This document shows positions 27,785-39,335 of a stretch of 64,000 nt of DNA, in pieces. The notes below the pieces were generated by a model that was given only the letters and a program-made list of their open reading frames with translations, was not told the origin of the DNA and searched no databases. How positions within the stretch are numbered: position 1 is the stretch's first letter; each line of letters begins with the position of its first letter. The stretch comes from Trypethelium eluteriae (lineage: Eukaryota): the NCBI GenBank assembly GCA_051942245.1, contig JAVECL010000011.1, positions 1-64,000 on the forward strand. Reading direction: 5' to 3'. The position numbers were made by a program, and so were the translations under genes.

Positions 27785-28185
27785 TCAGCTGTACGTCCGT
27801 TGAGGCTCTTCTAGTTAATATCGCTTTCACCTGTATCGAGGAGTCATCGAACGACAGCCTCTTTCCCGGCTTCTGCCGCGTAAGGCAGAGCTCTATGTCC
27901 AGTACGATATTTGATTCACATCAGCGTTACCCATGTCCAGCAACAGGTCAACGACCGCAATATTTCCATTTTCTAGTGCGTACATGAGTGGCGTTCGTCC
28001 ACTTCTATTACTCTTTAAGTTAACCTCGGCGCTGTCTGCCCCACGAAGCTGCTTGGTAGACACTTCATGTCCATGCTCTACTGCATAGCAAGGCAGTGTC
28101 GTTCCAGAGAAAGGGTCCATCTCGTTCACGTCGAACTAAACCGACTGGAGCATTTTCCAAACGACTCTATCCATGCCAAGGCCCG
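27785..28185 (-). pseudogene. Ankyrin-repeat gene relic (about 4 repeats)
   Basis: GTTLPCYAVEHGHE, GRTPLMYALENGNIAVVDLLLDMGNADVN, then a frameshift to GHRALPYAAEAGKEAVVR*LLDTGESDIN*KSLNGRTA; several in-frame stops. Confidence 0.8.
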
Positions 28186-28244
28186 TGAATTCTCAAAAAG
28201 CTTTGCATTTTTGGTCGCCGTATGTTATACCGACCATAGCGACT

Positions 28245-30151
28245 TCAGGAGTACAACTTTTTGTCGAAGCTATGCAATCCATGCACATTCCCCTCCGCCT
28301 GCGCGCTCACAGTCCTCAACTCAAACCGTACCTCTCCATCCAGTACTCCCTTCCTCAACTCAGCCAGACTCTTGACCCCAATGTCCTGCAGGCTGTGCTG
28401 CACCCCAGACATCAAGTACGGCACAAACTTCGTCACTGAACCCCGATCCAGTACACTCCCAGACACACCCTGCGCCACAAGCAACCGATCCCCCTCCGAG
28501 AAATACCTCGCCGTGCCCGCATTCCCTGCCTTAGCATCTTGCTTCGCCGCCCCCGGCCCGCCGGCCTTCCGATCCTCCATAGCATCAATAGACCCCATCC
28601 CACGATACGCCTTAACCAGCTGGCCCTCACGACTGACAAAATACTGTCCAGGACTCTCCGTGGTGCCCGCCAGCAAGCCCCCCATCATGACCGTGCTGGC
28701 GCCCAACGCCAGCCCCTTGACGATATGGCCAACATTCTGGATGCCGCCGTCCGCAATACACGGGACGCCGAAGCGAGCCGCGAACTCCGCGGCGCCGAAG
28801 ACCGACGCCGCCTGCGGCCGGCCGACCGCCATGACCTCCTGCGTGATGCACGCCGAGCCGGAGCCCATGCCGATGCGGAGGCCGTCGGCGCCGGCGGCGA
28901 TGAGGGAGGCGGCCTGGGTGCGGGTGACGACGTTGCCGGCGATGACGTCGAGGGCCGGGTGGGCCGCCTTGATGTGCTCGATCATGCGGATCTGGAAGAT
29001 AGAGTTGCCTTGGGAGGAGTCGAGGACGACGATGTCGAGACCGGCGTCGACGAGCTTCTGGAGGCGGTCTTTGTCTGCGTCGCGGGTGCCGATGGCGGCG
29101 GCAGCGATGAGCTGTTTGGAGTGGGGAAGCTTGGAGGCGAGTGGGTAGTGGAGGTTTTTCATGAGGTCGGAGCGGGAGAGGAGGGAGATAAGGTTGTCGG
29201 AGGAGTCGACGATGGGGAGCTTGCCCTTTTTGGAGCGGCGGAGGATTTCGTTGGCGTCGGCAAGGGAGACGCCGGTGGAGGCGGTGACGAGGTCGGTGGA
29301 CATGACGGCGGTGACGGGGTCGGAGGCTTTGTCGTGGAACTGGATGTCTCGTGTGGTGATGATGCCGACGAGTTTAGAATGGAGAGTACCGTTCTCTTTA
29401 GAGGGAAGCACGTTAGCCACTACCAAGTGGTTTCTGCAGTGAAATAATGCAAAAGAAGGTTACTATCTCAGAAATACCACTACAGTCACTCCTCAACGCG
29501 ATTGATCGCTGCGGATGAACGAAAGTTATTTTTGTTTTTATTCATCATATATAAATTCAAGGAACAACGGAACTTAATTTTAGAATGTGGCTTACCTGTG
29601 ACTGGGAAGCCACCGAAACCCCATTTCTCCTTAAGTGCCTTTGCTTCTCCAACCGTGGTATTGGGTGAGATGACTACGGGGTCAAGAATGAAGCCATTTT
29701 CGTAGCGCTTGACTTTGCGGACCATTTCTGCCTGATCTTCTGCAGAACAGTTATGGTGGATGACACCAAGACCTCCAAGAAGTGCCATATGAATAGCCAT
29801 GTTGTGCTCAGTCACAGTGTCCATGGGCGAGGAGATAAAGGGAGTCTTGAGTGAAATACGCTTGGTAACTGGCGTATCCGTGTTCACATCGGAAGCTGGA
29901 AAGCCTGCATCATCTGTGAGAAAGATTCCGTCAACAGGAGGAAGAGGCCTACCAATGAAGCCGGGAAGTATTAGGAAGTCATTGTAAGTCAGGCCGCCAT
30001 GAGTCTTCGAGTCGAGAAGGGCCCTCACATTGAGACCATCTCGCTCTGGATATTCTTCCAGTACTTTCAAAGCCTGGGTGAAATCCAGTGCTTTACCCTC
30101 CTGAATCAAGGGCGCCGAAGCCTCCATGCTGTCACCGTTAACGATTGGCAT
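28245..30151 (-). CDS. imdA: Inosine-5'-monophosphate dehydrogenase (IMPDH) with CBS pair
   Basis: [21 protein letters not shown], catalytic [34 protein letters not shown]; introns 29905-29952 and 29396-29595. Confidence 0.97.
29464..29553 (-). ncRNA. snR54: Intronic box C/D snoRNA, snR54-like
   Basis: C box ATGATGA (29542-29548), D box CTGA (29468-29471), guide TAACTTTCGTTCA (29516-29528) complementary to conserved 18S GAACGAAAGUUA, internal GCGAT-CA-ATCGC stem and C'-like TGAGGA; yeast snR54 is hosted in the intron of the IMPDH gene IMD4. Confidence 0.88.
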
Positions 30152-30641
30152 CTTGAGATTTGCTGGCGGGGTGAGGCAGAAGCCTTTCCCAAGAGAAGAG
30201 AAAGAAATTTTTGGCGACGCGGTCTGTGGGGCATAGATATTCGCGAACGCGGGGTGGCGATATTCTGTCCCGCGCCGCCCCAATATTGTCGCTGCCAAAG
30301 CCGTGCGCGTTTTAAGGTTCAATTACCGTTTTGAGTTAGATGTAAACAGTGGCAGCTGCCTCTTGTGTTTTCTCTCACCACTTCCCCTCCTGCTGACCCT
30401 GCACCGCCATGAATCGCAGCGCTTTGCAGTCTTGACGTCCTACAACAGTCGACTGCCATTCGAGGAACTTGACTTCAATCCCAGATGTCTCGGGCACTTC
30501 AACCCAGCAGCAAAGCGTGCGCACAACGAGGTCGCATTAACGGCCGCTCATCGATACTTCCTCCGTCGCATCCGTCTGCGCCTTCTTGACGGGAAATCGC
30601 ACAATCCTGAGTGACTTCACAGACTACTCCATTTGACTAGT

Positions 30642-33600
30642 ATGTCCTCGCAGTCGCGACAATCTCGCCCCAGATATGGTGGCCATACCGTCTCAACTCC
30701 AAGTCCGCTGAGACATGCGTCCAACGCTTCTACGGATTCATCCGCATATTCCGGCTATTCGAATCCGTATCCCACAAGCAGGACGAGTACTGTATCTTCG
30801 CATGCATCCAATGACCACCAATATCCTGGAGCAGGACACAAGCGTGGGTACAGTGAATCAACAATAGGGCAATCAACCTTCAACAGCAGCGATCGTGGTG
30901 GAAAGGTTATAAGCCCTGATCAAACTTACAAGAGCATGCGACAATCTTTGCGACCACTTCCACAGGCACCTGCCTCTTCTCCACCTCGTGCTACAGAGAA
31001 TGACTTCCACGCCTATTCGCAACATGACCGCACCCAGGGTCTACAAGAAACCGCTCCTCTCCATGACGAGATATCCCAGTCGCCTTCGCACTCAGAGCAC
31101 AGATATACAAGATCTGAAAATAGTCCCATAGGTGATCCAATGGGTTCGCCGCCCGGAAAGACCGCACCACACAAAATGGCGAATTCCATGGCAATATCCA
31201 GATCTGACTCTGTCCGCGCCCCGACTCATAAGAGACCAGGTTTGTCGCGCGACCAGTCTTCGCCTCCTGTTCAACCTGGGCACCTGCTGGAAACTCCGGA
31301 TTTGAAGAGCATGCAAAAGTCGACCACAAGACACCTTCGGACATTATCAAAATTTGCAGAGAATGGGGATGAAGAGGACTTTACCATCAAATCGCCCGAG
31401 CAAGAAGTTGCCGGTCTGCACGGTAGGAGGCGACTGCAACGGACAATGTCAAGTAGAGGCAAGAAAACCTCCACTACGACTGGATGGGGTGGAGCAAAAT
31501 GGATGGATCAACAACGTCAATTTCTGCAAGCTTATGAGTACCTTTGTCATATTGGAGAAGCCAAGGAATGGATAGAAGATATTATCAAGCAACCTATACC
31601 ACCCATTATCGAGCTGGAGGAAGCACTTCGCAATGGTGTGACTCTGGCTGAAGTGGTACAAGCGCTTTATCCAGACAAGCAATTTCGCATCTTTCGAAAC
31701 CCTCGGTTGCAATTCCGCCACTCCGACAATATCGCGCTCTTTTTTCGCTTCTTAGCAGACGTCGAGTTACCCGAACTTTTCCGCTTTGAGCTCGTTGACC
31801 TGTACGAAAAAAAGAATATCCCCAAAGTCATCTACTGCATACACGCTCTTTCGTGGCTCTTATTTCGCAAAGGAATCGTGGATTTCCGTATTGGCAACCT
31901 TGTCGGTCAACTACAGTTTGAGGATCATGAGCTCGAGGCAATGCAAAAAGGCCTTGACAAAGCTGGAATTAGTATGCCAAATTTTGGGGGCATGAGAGAA
32001 GCGATGGGAGCAGAGCCTGAGCCAGAACCAGTAGAGACAGAGGAGGAGCGCATCGACCGGGAGCTTCTAGAGAACGAGCACGTCGTCATTGATCTTCAGG
32101 CACAGATCCGGGCGGGAATACTACGAGCACAACTCGGCGACCTAATGAACGAGTTGTGGGACAATGAGGATTGGCTAGTCGATCTTCAAACACGGATACG
32201 GGGCGGATGGGCACGACAAGTTCTTCAATATAAGATGGATATGCGCAGGTTTGCAATTGAGCTGCAAAGCGTGATCCGTGGCTCTCTAGTACGATCGAGA
32301 TGCCAAAGAAAAGAGCAATCCTGGAAAGATAGCCAGAAGGAAATTGTCACGCTTCAAAGTCTAGTGAGAGCGCGCAAAGCGAGGCACGAAGTCCAACATA
32401 CAAAAAGCCGGATGCAGCGCAATGATCACGGCATACGACAACTACAGGCTGCCATTAGAGGTGCCCTGTCTCGTTGGGACGTTGGAGACCAATACTGCGA
32501 TATCACGCAGCATGAGGCCAGTGTTGTTGACCTTCAAGCCGCAATACGAGGAGCATTAAGTCGCAAGGTAGCCGAAGACCAGTATGTGGAGACACGAGAA
32601 GCAGAGCCCAAGATCCAGCTCCTCCAGTCAGCAATCCGAGGCGCACTGTGCCGGATATCCATCGGAGAGAATCTTTACGATATTCAGCAACATGAGCAGG
32701 CGATCTGTGAGCTCCAAGCTGCAGCAAGAGGAGCAATGGCAAGAGACCATATCTCTCATACCCTGGGGTCTCTGGACGACAATATGCACCAGCTTATTTC
32801 ACTTCAATCTCGTGCCCGGGCCATGCATCAGCGAAAGATCACCGAGCAGCTGCATCAGCAACTGAACCATCATATTGGCCAGGTTGTAAACTTTCAGGCC
32901 GAAGCCAGAGGAGCGCAGCTTCGCGCGAATGTATTCAATACTCGTGCAGCGCTTGCTGAGTGCGAGGATCAGATTCTTTGTTTCCAGAGCACGATCCGAG
33001 GCTACCTTGTTCGAAGACAACATCATTCCGACCTGAAAGCGCTTCGTGCCCAAGAAAAGTCCGTCATTGAATTACAGGCTGCATCTCGGGCAAGTCTACT
33101 TCGTCAAAATATCTTCGAGACATTATCGAAGATCGGTGAAAATGAACCCGAGATCGTTTCCTTACAATCTTTGTCGAGAGCAATGCTTCTACGGTCCCGC
33201 ATAGGCGATTTGTTTGTACAGCTGGAAGCTGAAGAAGACTCCATCGTCGACTTGCAGACTTTTGCACGCGGCAAGCTAGTGCGCAGGCGCTTTGCAGAGA
33301 AGCAGAAACACTACAAGGAGAACATGGAGAAAGTTGTCAAGATTCAAAGTTTTGTTCGAGGAAGGCAGCAAGGCGAAGCCTACAAGAGCTTAACAGGAGG
33401 TAAAAATCCACCTGTCGGCACAGTAAAGAACTTCGTCCACCTACTCAACGACAGTGACTTTGACTTTGACGAGGAGCTTGGTAAGCCCTTGAAGGAAATA
33501 TCACCAGCCATTGGCTTAAACTAACATGCCACAGAATTCGAGAGGTTACGGAAAACGGTGGTACAACATGTTCGTCAAAACGAGATGGCCGAGCAGTATA

Positions 33601-36025
33601 TCGACCAGCTTGACATCAAAATCGCTCTTCTTGTGAAGAATAAGATCACGCTCGATGAAGTTGTGAAGCATCAGAGGCATTTCGGCGGACATGTTGGTAG
33701 TCTCCTCACGAATAAGGAAATCTCATCCAAGGATCCCTTCGATTTAAAAGCGCTCAACAAAAATTCTCGCAAAAAACTAGAGCATTACCAGCAATTCTTC
33801 TTCATCTTGCAAACGCAACCTCAATATCTTGCCCGGCTCTTTAAGAAGGTACGAGAGCAAGGCACAGCTGAAAAGGAAAGCAAACGCCTCGAGTCTTTGA
33901 TGATGGTCCTCTTTGGTTTTGCTCAGAAACGAAGGGAGGAATACTACCTGCTCAAGCTTATCTCGCGCTCCATTAAGGAGGAAGTGGACGGATGCTCGTC
34001 CCTCCAGGATTACCTCCGCAGCAACTTCTTTTGGTCCAAGATCCTCAACAGCTACATTCGCTCCCCTCGTGACCGCAAATATATGCGAGACTTGCTTGGC
34101 CCCATGATCAAGGAGAACATTATCGACAATCAGGGACTTGACCTCGAGAGTGACCCTCTACAGATCTATCGCTCAGCGATTAATAATGAAGAGCTTCGAA
34201 CCGGCCAACGCAGTCACCGACAACCGGACGTGCCTCGGGAGGTTGCCATTAAGGATCCAGAAACGCGACAAACTTTCATTGAACATATGCAAGACCTTCG
34301 TGATATTGCTGATCAGTTCTTCGCTGCCTTAGAAGACACAATGCATCGTCTGCCGTACGGTATTCGTTTCGTTGCCCAGCAGACCTTTGAACTTCTCAGG
34401 CAGAAGTTCCCATATGAGAACCAACAGCATCTTCTCCAAATAGTTGGCCAATGGATATGGAAGACATACCTGCTTCCGCCCTTGACGCAACCCGAGAACT
34501 GGGGTGTCGTTGACCGGGGCCTCTCACCTCTTCACAAGAGGAACCTCGGAGAAGTCGCCAAAGTTCTTGGACAGGTTGCTGCGGCAAGATTGTTTGGGGG
34601 TGAAAACGTATACCTGCAGCCGCTCAATAGCTACATTACTGAGGCTGTCGGCCGTTCGGAAGATATCTGGGCCACTTGTGAGTAGATTACCCTTGTAGCT
34701 TGTCTTGCGGCGCAAAAAGCTAACACTCAACCAGTAATTGACGTTCGAGATGCTGAGGCGCAGTTCGATATTGACGAGTTCAATGACCACTACTCTAGAA
34801 CAAAACCTACTCTTTACATCAAGATGACTGATATTTTTGCAATCCATCAGCTCATCGCATCCGATATTTCCTATGTCGCTCCTATCCAAGATGATGCACT
34901 CCGAGATGTCATCCGGGAGCTTGGTAGCGTCAAATCAAACGAACATGAAATGATGGGCGTTAGCGGGTCGGAAATCAGTCTTCAGCTGAACGCTAAACTA
35001 CATAATGTTGAAGGTCAGTGGTTTCTCTAAAATATGCTTCGCCTTGCACTAACCATTTTGTAGATCCCGACGCTGCCATTAAAAATCTGTTCATGGAAAC
35101 CAAGCGTTGCGTTCTTTATATTATCCGCATTCAATCGGGTGCCAACCTCATGGAAATCATGGTTCGGCCCATCAGCGACGAAGAAGAGCAAAGATGGGAA
35201 GATCTCGTCCACAGCGAACTCCTTAATCCCAGCAATAAACGCCACAATCCTTACACTTCTGATCCCAACAACCCTCTCGAGCCATCAACGCACACCCTCA
35301 TCGACATCACCACCCTCACATACGCCGAACTCAAACGCACTGCTCTCGAAAACATCCTCACGCTCGAGTCCCACGGCCGCCTCACCCGACACAACCACTA
35401 CCAAGACCTCCTCAACGCCATCGCCCTCGACATCCGCACCAAGCACCGCCGACGCGTACAGCGCGCGCGCGAGCTCGACGGCGTCCGCGCCACCCTCAAC
35501 CAGCTCGACCAGAAAGCCGCGTACCTCGACTCGCAGCTCAAGTCGTACAACAACTACATCGAGCAAGCGATGAACACGCTGCAGTCGAAGAACGCGAATG
35601 CGCGCGGCGGCCGCCGCCGCTTCCTGCTGCCCTTCACGCGCCAGTACAACCACGAGCGCGAGCTCGAGCGCAGTGGTCGGAAGCCGAAGTTTGGCAGCTT
35701 TAAATATTCGGCGAGGCAGCTGGCGGAGAAGGGCGTCTTGGTGGAGTGGAAGGGGTTTCCGGAGAGTGAGTGGGGGAGGTGTAATTTGACGATTAGTAGC
35801 GATGAGGTGGGTGTGTTTCATATTGAAGGAAGCAGTGGGAGTATGATGATTCCGGGTGCGAGCGCGAGTGTGCCGTTGGATGAGCTGCTGCAGGCGCAGT
35901 TCGATAATCATCAGTTTATGAATTTGTTTGAGGGTGGTGGGGGCGGACCGGGTCAGGGGGCGCTGAGGCTCAATGTGAATTTGTTCTTGCATTTGGTGTT
36001 TAAGAAGTTTTATCGGGATGAGTAG
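30642..36025 (+). CDS. IQGAP-family cytokinesis scaffold (CH, IQ repeats, RasGAP, RasGAP C-terminal; SepG/Iqg1-like)
   Basis: LQAYEYLCHIGEAKEWIE CH domain, many LQxxxRG IQ repeats, RasGAP-like region, C-terminal FKYSARQLAEKGVL...LNVNLFLHLVFKKFY; introns near 33481-33534, 34678-34733, 35014-35062. Confidence 0.95.
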
Positions 36026-37069
36026 CGGGCCTGGCAGGGCGGGAGATGGCTGAAAGAATCGGTCATTCTGATTATGAGGGCTCCTTTTTCTGTGTTGGTT
36101 CGTGCATTGGAAAGGGAGTATGAGATAATAAGATACGAATACATATTCGAGCGTTGAGATTTCCGTACAATTGCGAGACGCGACACCTTCAGAGCACGTC
36201 TGATACCAACCCAAGACTGTTCCCCAGCAAGGCGCTACTTAGTGCAAGTAGAGCACAAAAGTATAAATTTAATCCTCGGGCCCTAATACTCTATACCTTC
36301 ATCCCGTGTGAACGTGCCCTTCTTTGCCCCGTGTTTTTGGTGGATGAAGACTCGCACGAATCGACAATGACTTGATATTCGACGCTGTACCTCTAGGGCG
36401 AATATCGGACCGAACATACACTGGTCGGCAGTGAAACCCTCCATGGACCTTCATTATTTTTGAAATGAGAAAGACTAGTTCGACCGACATTTAATCCAGC
36501 TTGAGTCCTCTAAGACATTCCATGCAGCAGCTTCTCTGCCTGCTCTCACTACCTGAGCATCTACATGTTATGGCTGCTACGATAATTCGAGGCAGAGATT
36601 GATCCTAGGCACAAGGGAGTTCGTTAATGAAGTCTACTTGAAACAAATAAATTTTCCCAAAAGTTTCGTTCGCTTCAGCTTCCCGCGCATAATCTCTTGA
36701 TTAAGTCTAAACAGACGTATACAAGGGAGCGCTACCATTCGTCTACAGAAGGCCGCTGAATGTGGCAACACCAGCGATGATCGAGTGAGTGATGGCAGGG
36801 ATTGGGGTATCGAATATTGCTCTTTGACGTTGGAGGGCGACACCATGGGTCGCAGCTTTGTCGTGGCACAAATATAAAGTCTAACCCTCCCTCGAGCTTG
36901 AATGTTGAGAACTTCTGCTGCTTCATACCAGTATACAAGCATTTCATTCGTTGAACCTCTGTTTCAGGCAACAACGCACTCCGAGCGCTCTTCCAGCCTT
37001 TCGCCCTCGGTTTGCCCTCCTGCAGCCCAGGCCACCCCTTTCCGCACCCCTTCAAGACGACCGCGAATC

Positions 37070-38735
37070 ATGAGCAACGACGTTCCCCTGAGCGACGACT
37101 TTCTTGATCAGCTATTGGCTGAAGAGATTCCGGTCGCAGCCGGGGAGGGGTGAGGCTTTTTTTTTTGACAAGGGCTGATGAAAGGGCTAAAGTGCAGAGG
37201 AAGGCGAAGGCCACCTTCGGCATTTCGAAAATAAGGGCAGCTTGCGCCTCAACGAGAGGAATTCAGACTCGCTGCATCATTTAGCATCTCCGACTGTTAT
37301 CCTCGCCAATTTCTACGAATCAACTACCCAGGTTACTCCCTCATATGATCTGAACGCTAGCGAGGTCGACAGCCTATTCGCTATTAACAGAGCTGGAATT
37401 ACAGAGCGCAACAATTCACTTGGCTTGATTGACAATGAAAACATACGCAAGAAAGAATCACAAGACAATGCTGATTCAATGGTACCTCAGGAGCGGCGTG
37501 ACAATATCGTGAAGCTTGATGGACCTGAGTTCGACCATGATCATGCTTCCGCAGACCACCTTGAATTTGTTAGCGGTTGTAGACCAATAAATTCTACAGT
37601 TGCGAAGACCTCTGATCCGTAAGTCATGATATTCAATATCGCTTGATCCCTGCACCGGTCCACAGCAGTCATTGACACTCCAGTAGACAGAAATTGGACG
37701 ATGCAGACCCTTCAAAGCTTAGGTGCGACTGGCCAGGTTGTCGTTCATCACGGACATTCTCGCGAAAGTATGAACTTCAAAGGCACATGAAGAAGCATGC
37801 TACTGGTACTCGCTATGATTGCCCAGCGGTGGGGTGCGATCACGTCGGTGCCAAAGCACCATACCGAGCCGACAAGCTGTATAACCACTGTTCCGTGAAA
37901 CACGATCCGGATACCCTCTTCAAATGCCCCTTGGTTGGTTGTGAAGACAAGCAATTAGTCCCCGCATTGTTCATTCTCCATGTGCTGAACCACTCTCAAT
38001 ATGCTCAATCTCCTCAGCATATAGGTTCAGAGCCTTCCATTCATCATCTGAGGGTATCAGCCCAAAGGCTGCTATGCTGCCCTCTTAGGGACTGCAAATT
38101 CAACCATCTAGACATTCACGACGGCATATACCATATTCGTTCACATGATTATGAGGACCGGCTTGAAGGCTCGACCCTTCTGGCTCGTCGAGGTTATAAT
38201 GCTTTCTCCGGCAACATAATTTGTCCGATATGCTTTGAAGAAAGTGCTGAGACGAAAGATTTTGCCGAACACCTCACGTTGAAGCACATGACGCTTGACC
38301 CAGATCACCTTCGAACTTGGAGGCAGACAGTTGAAAGTTTATATCAACATGTGAATGTTGGCTTGTGTGAGTACACGCTACCAACGTTTCGTGCTCCTGC
38401 ATGGCTTCCATGGTTCCATCACGGTCGAGGTCTTACTTGTCCCACTTGTGGAAAATTCGAGGGTCGCCATGGATATCTTCGCCACCAACAGTCCCTTGTC
38501 ATAGACGAATCGGATTCTTTGAAGCAGCATGCAGCCAAGATACTTCAGCTTCTACCGGAATTTGGAGCACATCCCATCTTCAACGATCTCATGCCAGCTG
38601 AATCAAAGACGGTCAGGCATATTGGTAAGATGCTAGGCAGAAGTCCGCGACGTTTGTAAAGCTGACGTAGGTCTCACAGGCTTCTCAGACCATGTACATC
38701 ATCTTATAGCTGTCCAGATGCAGCCCCCCTTCTGA
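37070..38735 (+). CDS. C2H2 zinc-finger protein (exon structure partly uncertain)
   Basis: CDWPGC...FSRKYELQRHMKKH, CPAVGC...HCSVKH, CPLVGC, CPIC..HLTLKH; intron 37619-37686 joins in frame; first and last exons tentative. Confidence 0.65.
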
Positions 38736-39335
38736 TAAATTTGCTTTGGTGCTATGGAAGCCTCGTCATATGTTCAAATAATAAATACCGAAAAGCCGAA
38801 AAAGAAAGACCCGATCCTTCGCATGGAATTCTACTAGTCTATGTCCTCATACTGAGACACTCTTTTTGATCTTTCTCAAATGCAGAAATTTTTGTGTTAT
38901 TCTATAGTATCCCAGAAAAGAAATGAACTCAAGAAACTATTTCGGTCCAAATCGAGCTTAGAGGATTTGATATAGAAAATGCTTGATCAAATGCGTATCT
39001 TGCTCTCTGTTCTCGATGTCTATCAATCCTCCTTCTATAGAATTCAAATCTCCTCTCGCCCTTTTGCTCCCTAGTGTCGCCCCAGGCTATCTGCCATATT
39101 TCCAGCTTTGGTTACATTGACCAATCATAACCTCCAAGAGGGATTCCTTCTGAAATCAGATGTGGGACTTCTTTGAGAGAGCCGTCTATTCGAGAATTGA
39201 GTTATTACCTCCACTTGAGTATGTACCGTATGTCTGATGAAGAGATAGTTCAGAAAAGTTCTATTCGGGGTTCTGAGTAACCTCAACCAGAAGTGCATCT
39301 CATGTTTCCAGATTATTTCAACATCTAATCATGGC

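Noticed and set aside
28180..28247. Stop-codon readthrough of IMPDH
   Set aside because: Stop context is TGA AGT, not TGA CTA, and the extension ends without a PTS1
28261..29447. Long antisense ORFs (295 and 302 aa) over IMPDH
   Set aside because: Shadow frames caused by the GC-rich codon usage of a conserved gene
28245..30151. IMPDH as a mycophenolate self-resistance gene (mpaF/IMPDH-B)
   Set aside because: It has KAYRGMGS with Tyr rather than the Phe of IMPDH-B, hosts the ancestral snoRNA, sits beside IQGAP, and is 26 kb from the biosynthetic genes
32080..33370. Repetitive DNA or array in IQGAP
   Set aside because: Ordinary protein-level IQ repeats, not a nucleotide array or CRISPR
35139..36214. 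Overlapping 144-aa and 309-aa ORFs at the IQGAP 3' end
   Set aside because: By-products of the skewed, stop-poor composition; no motifs
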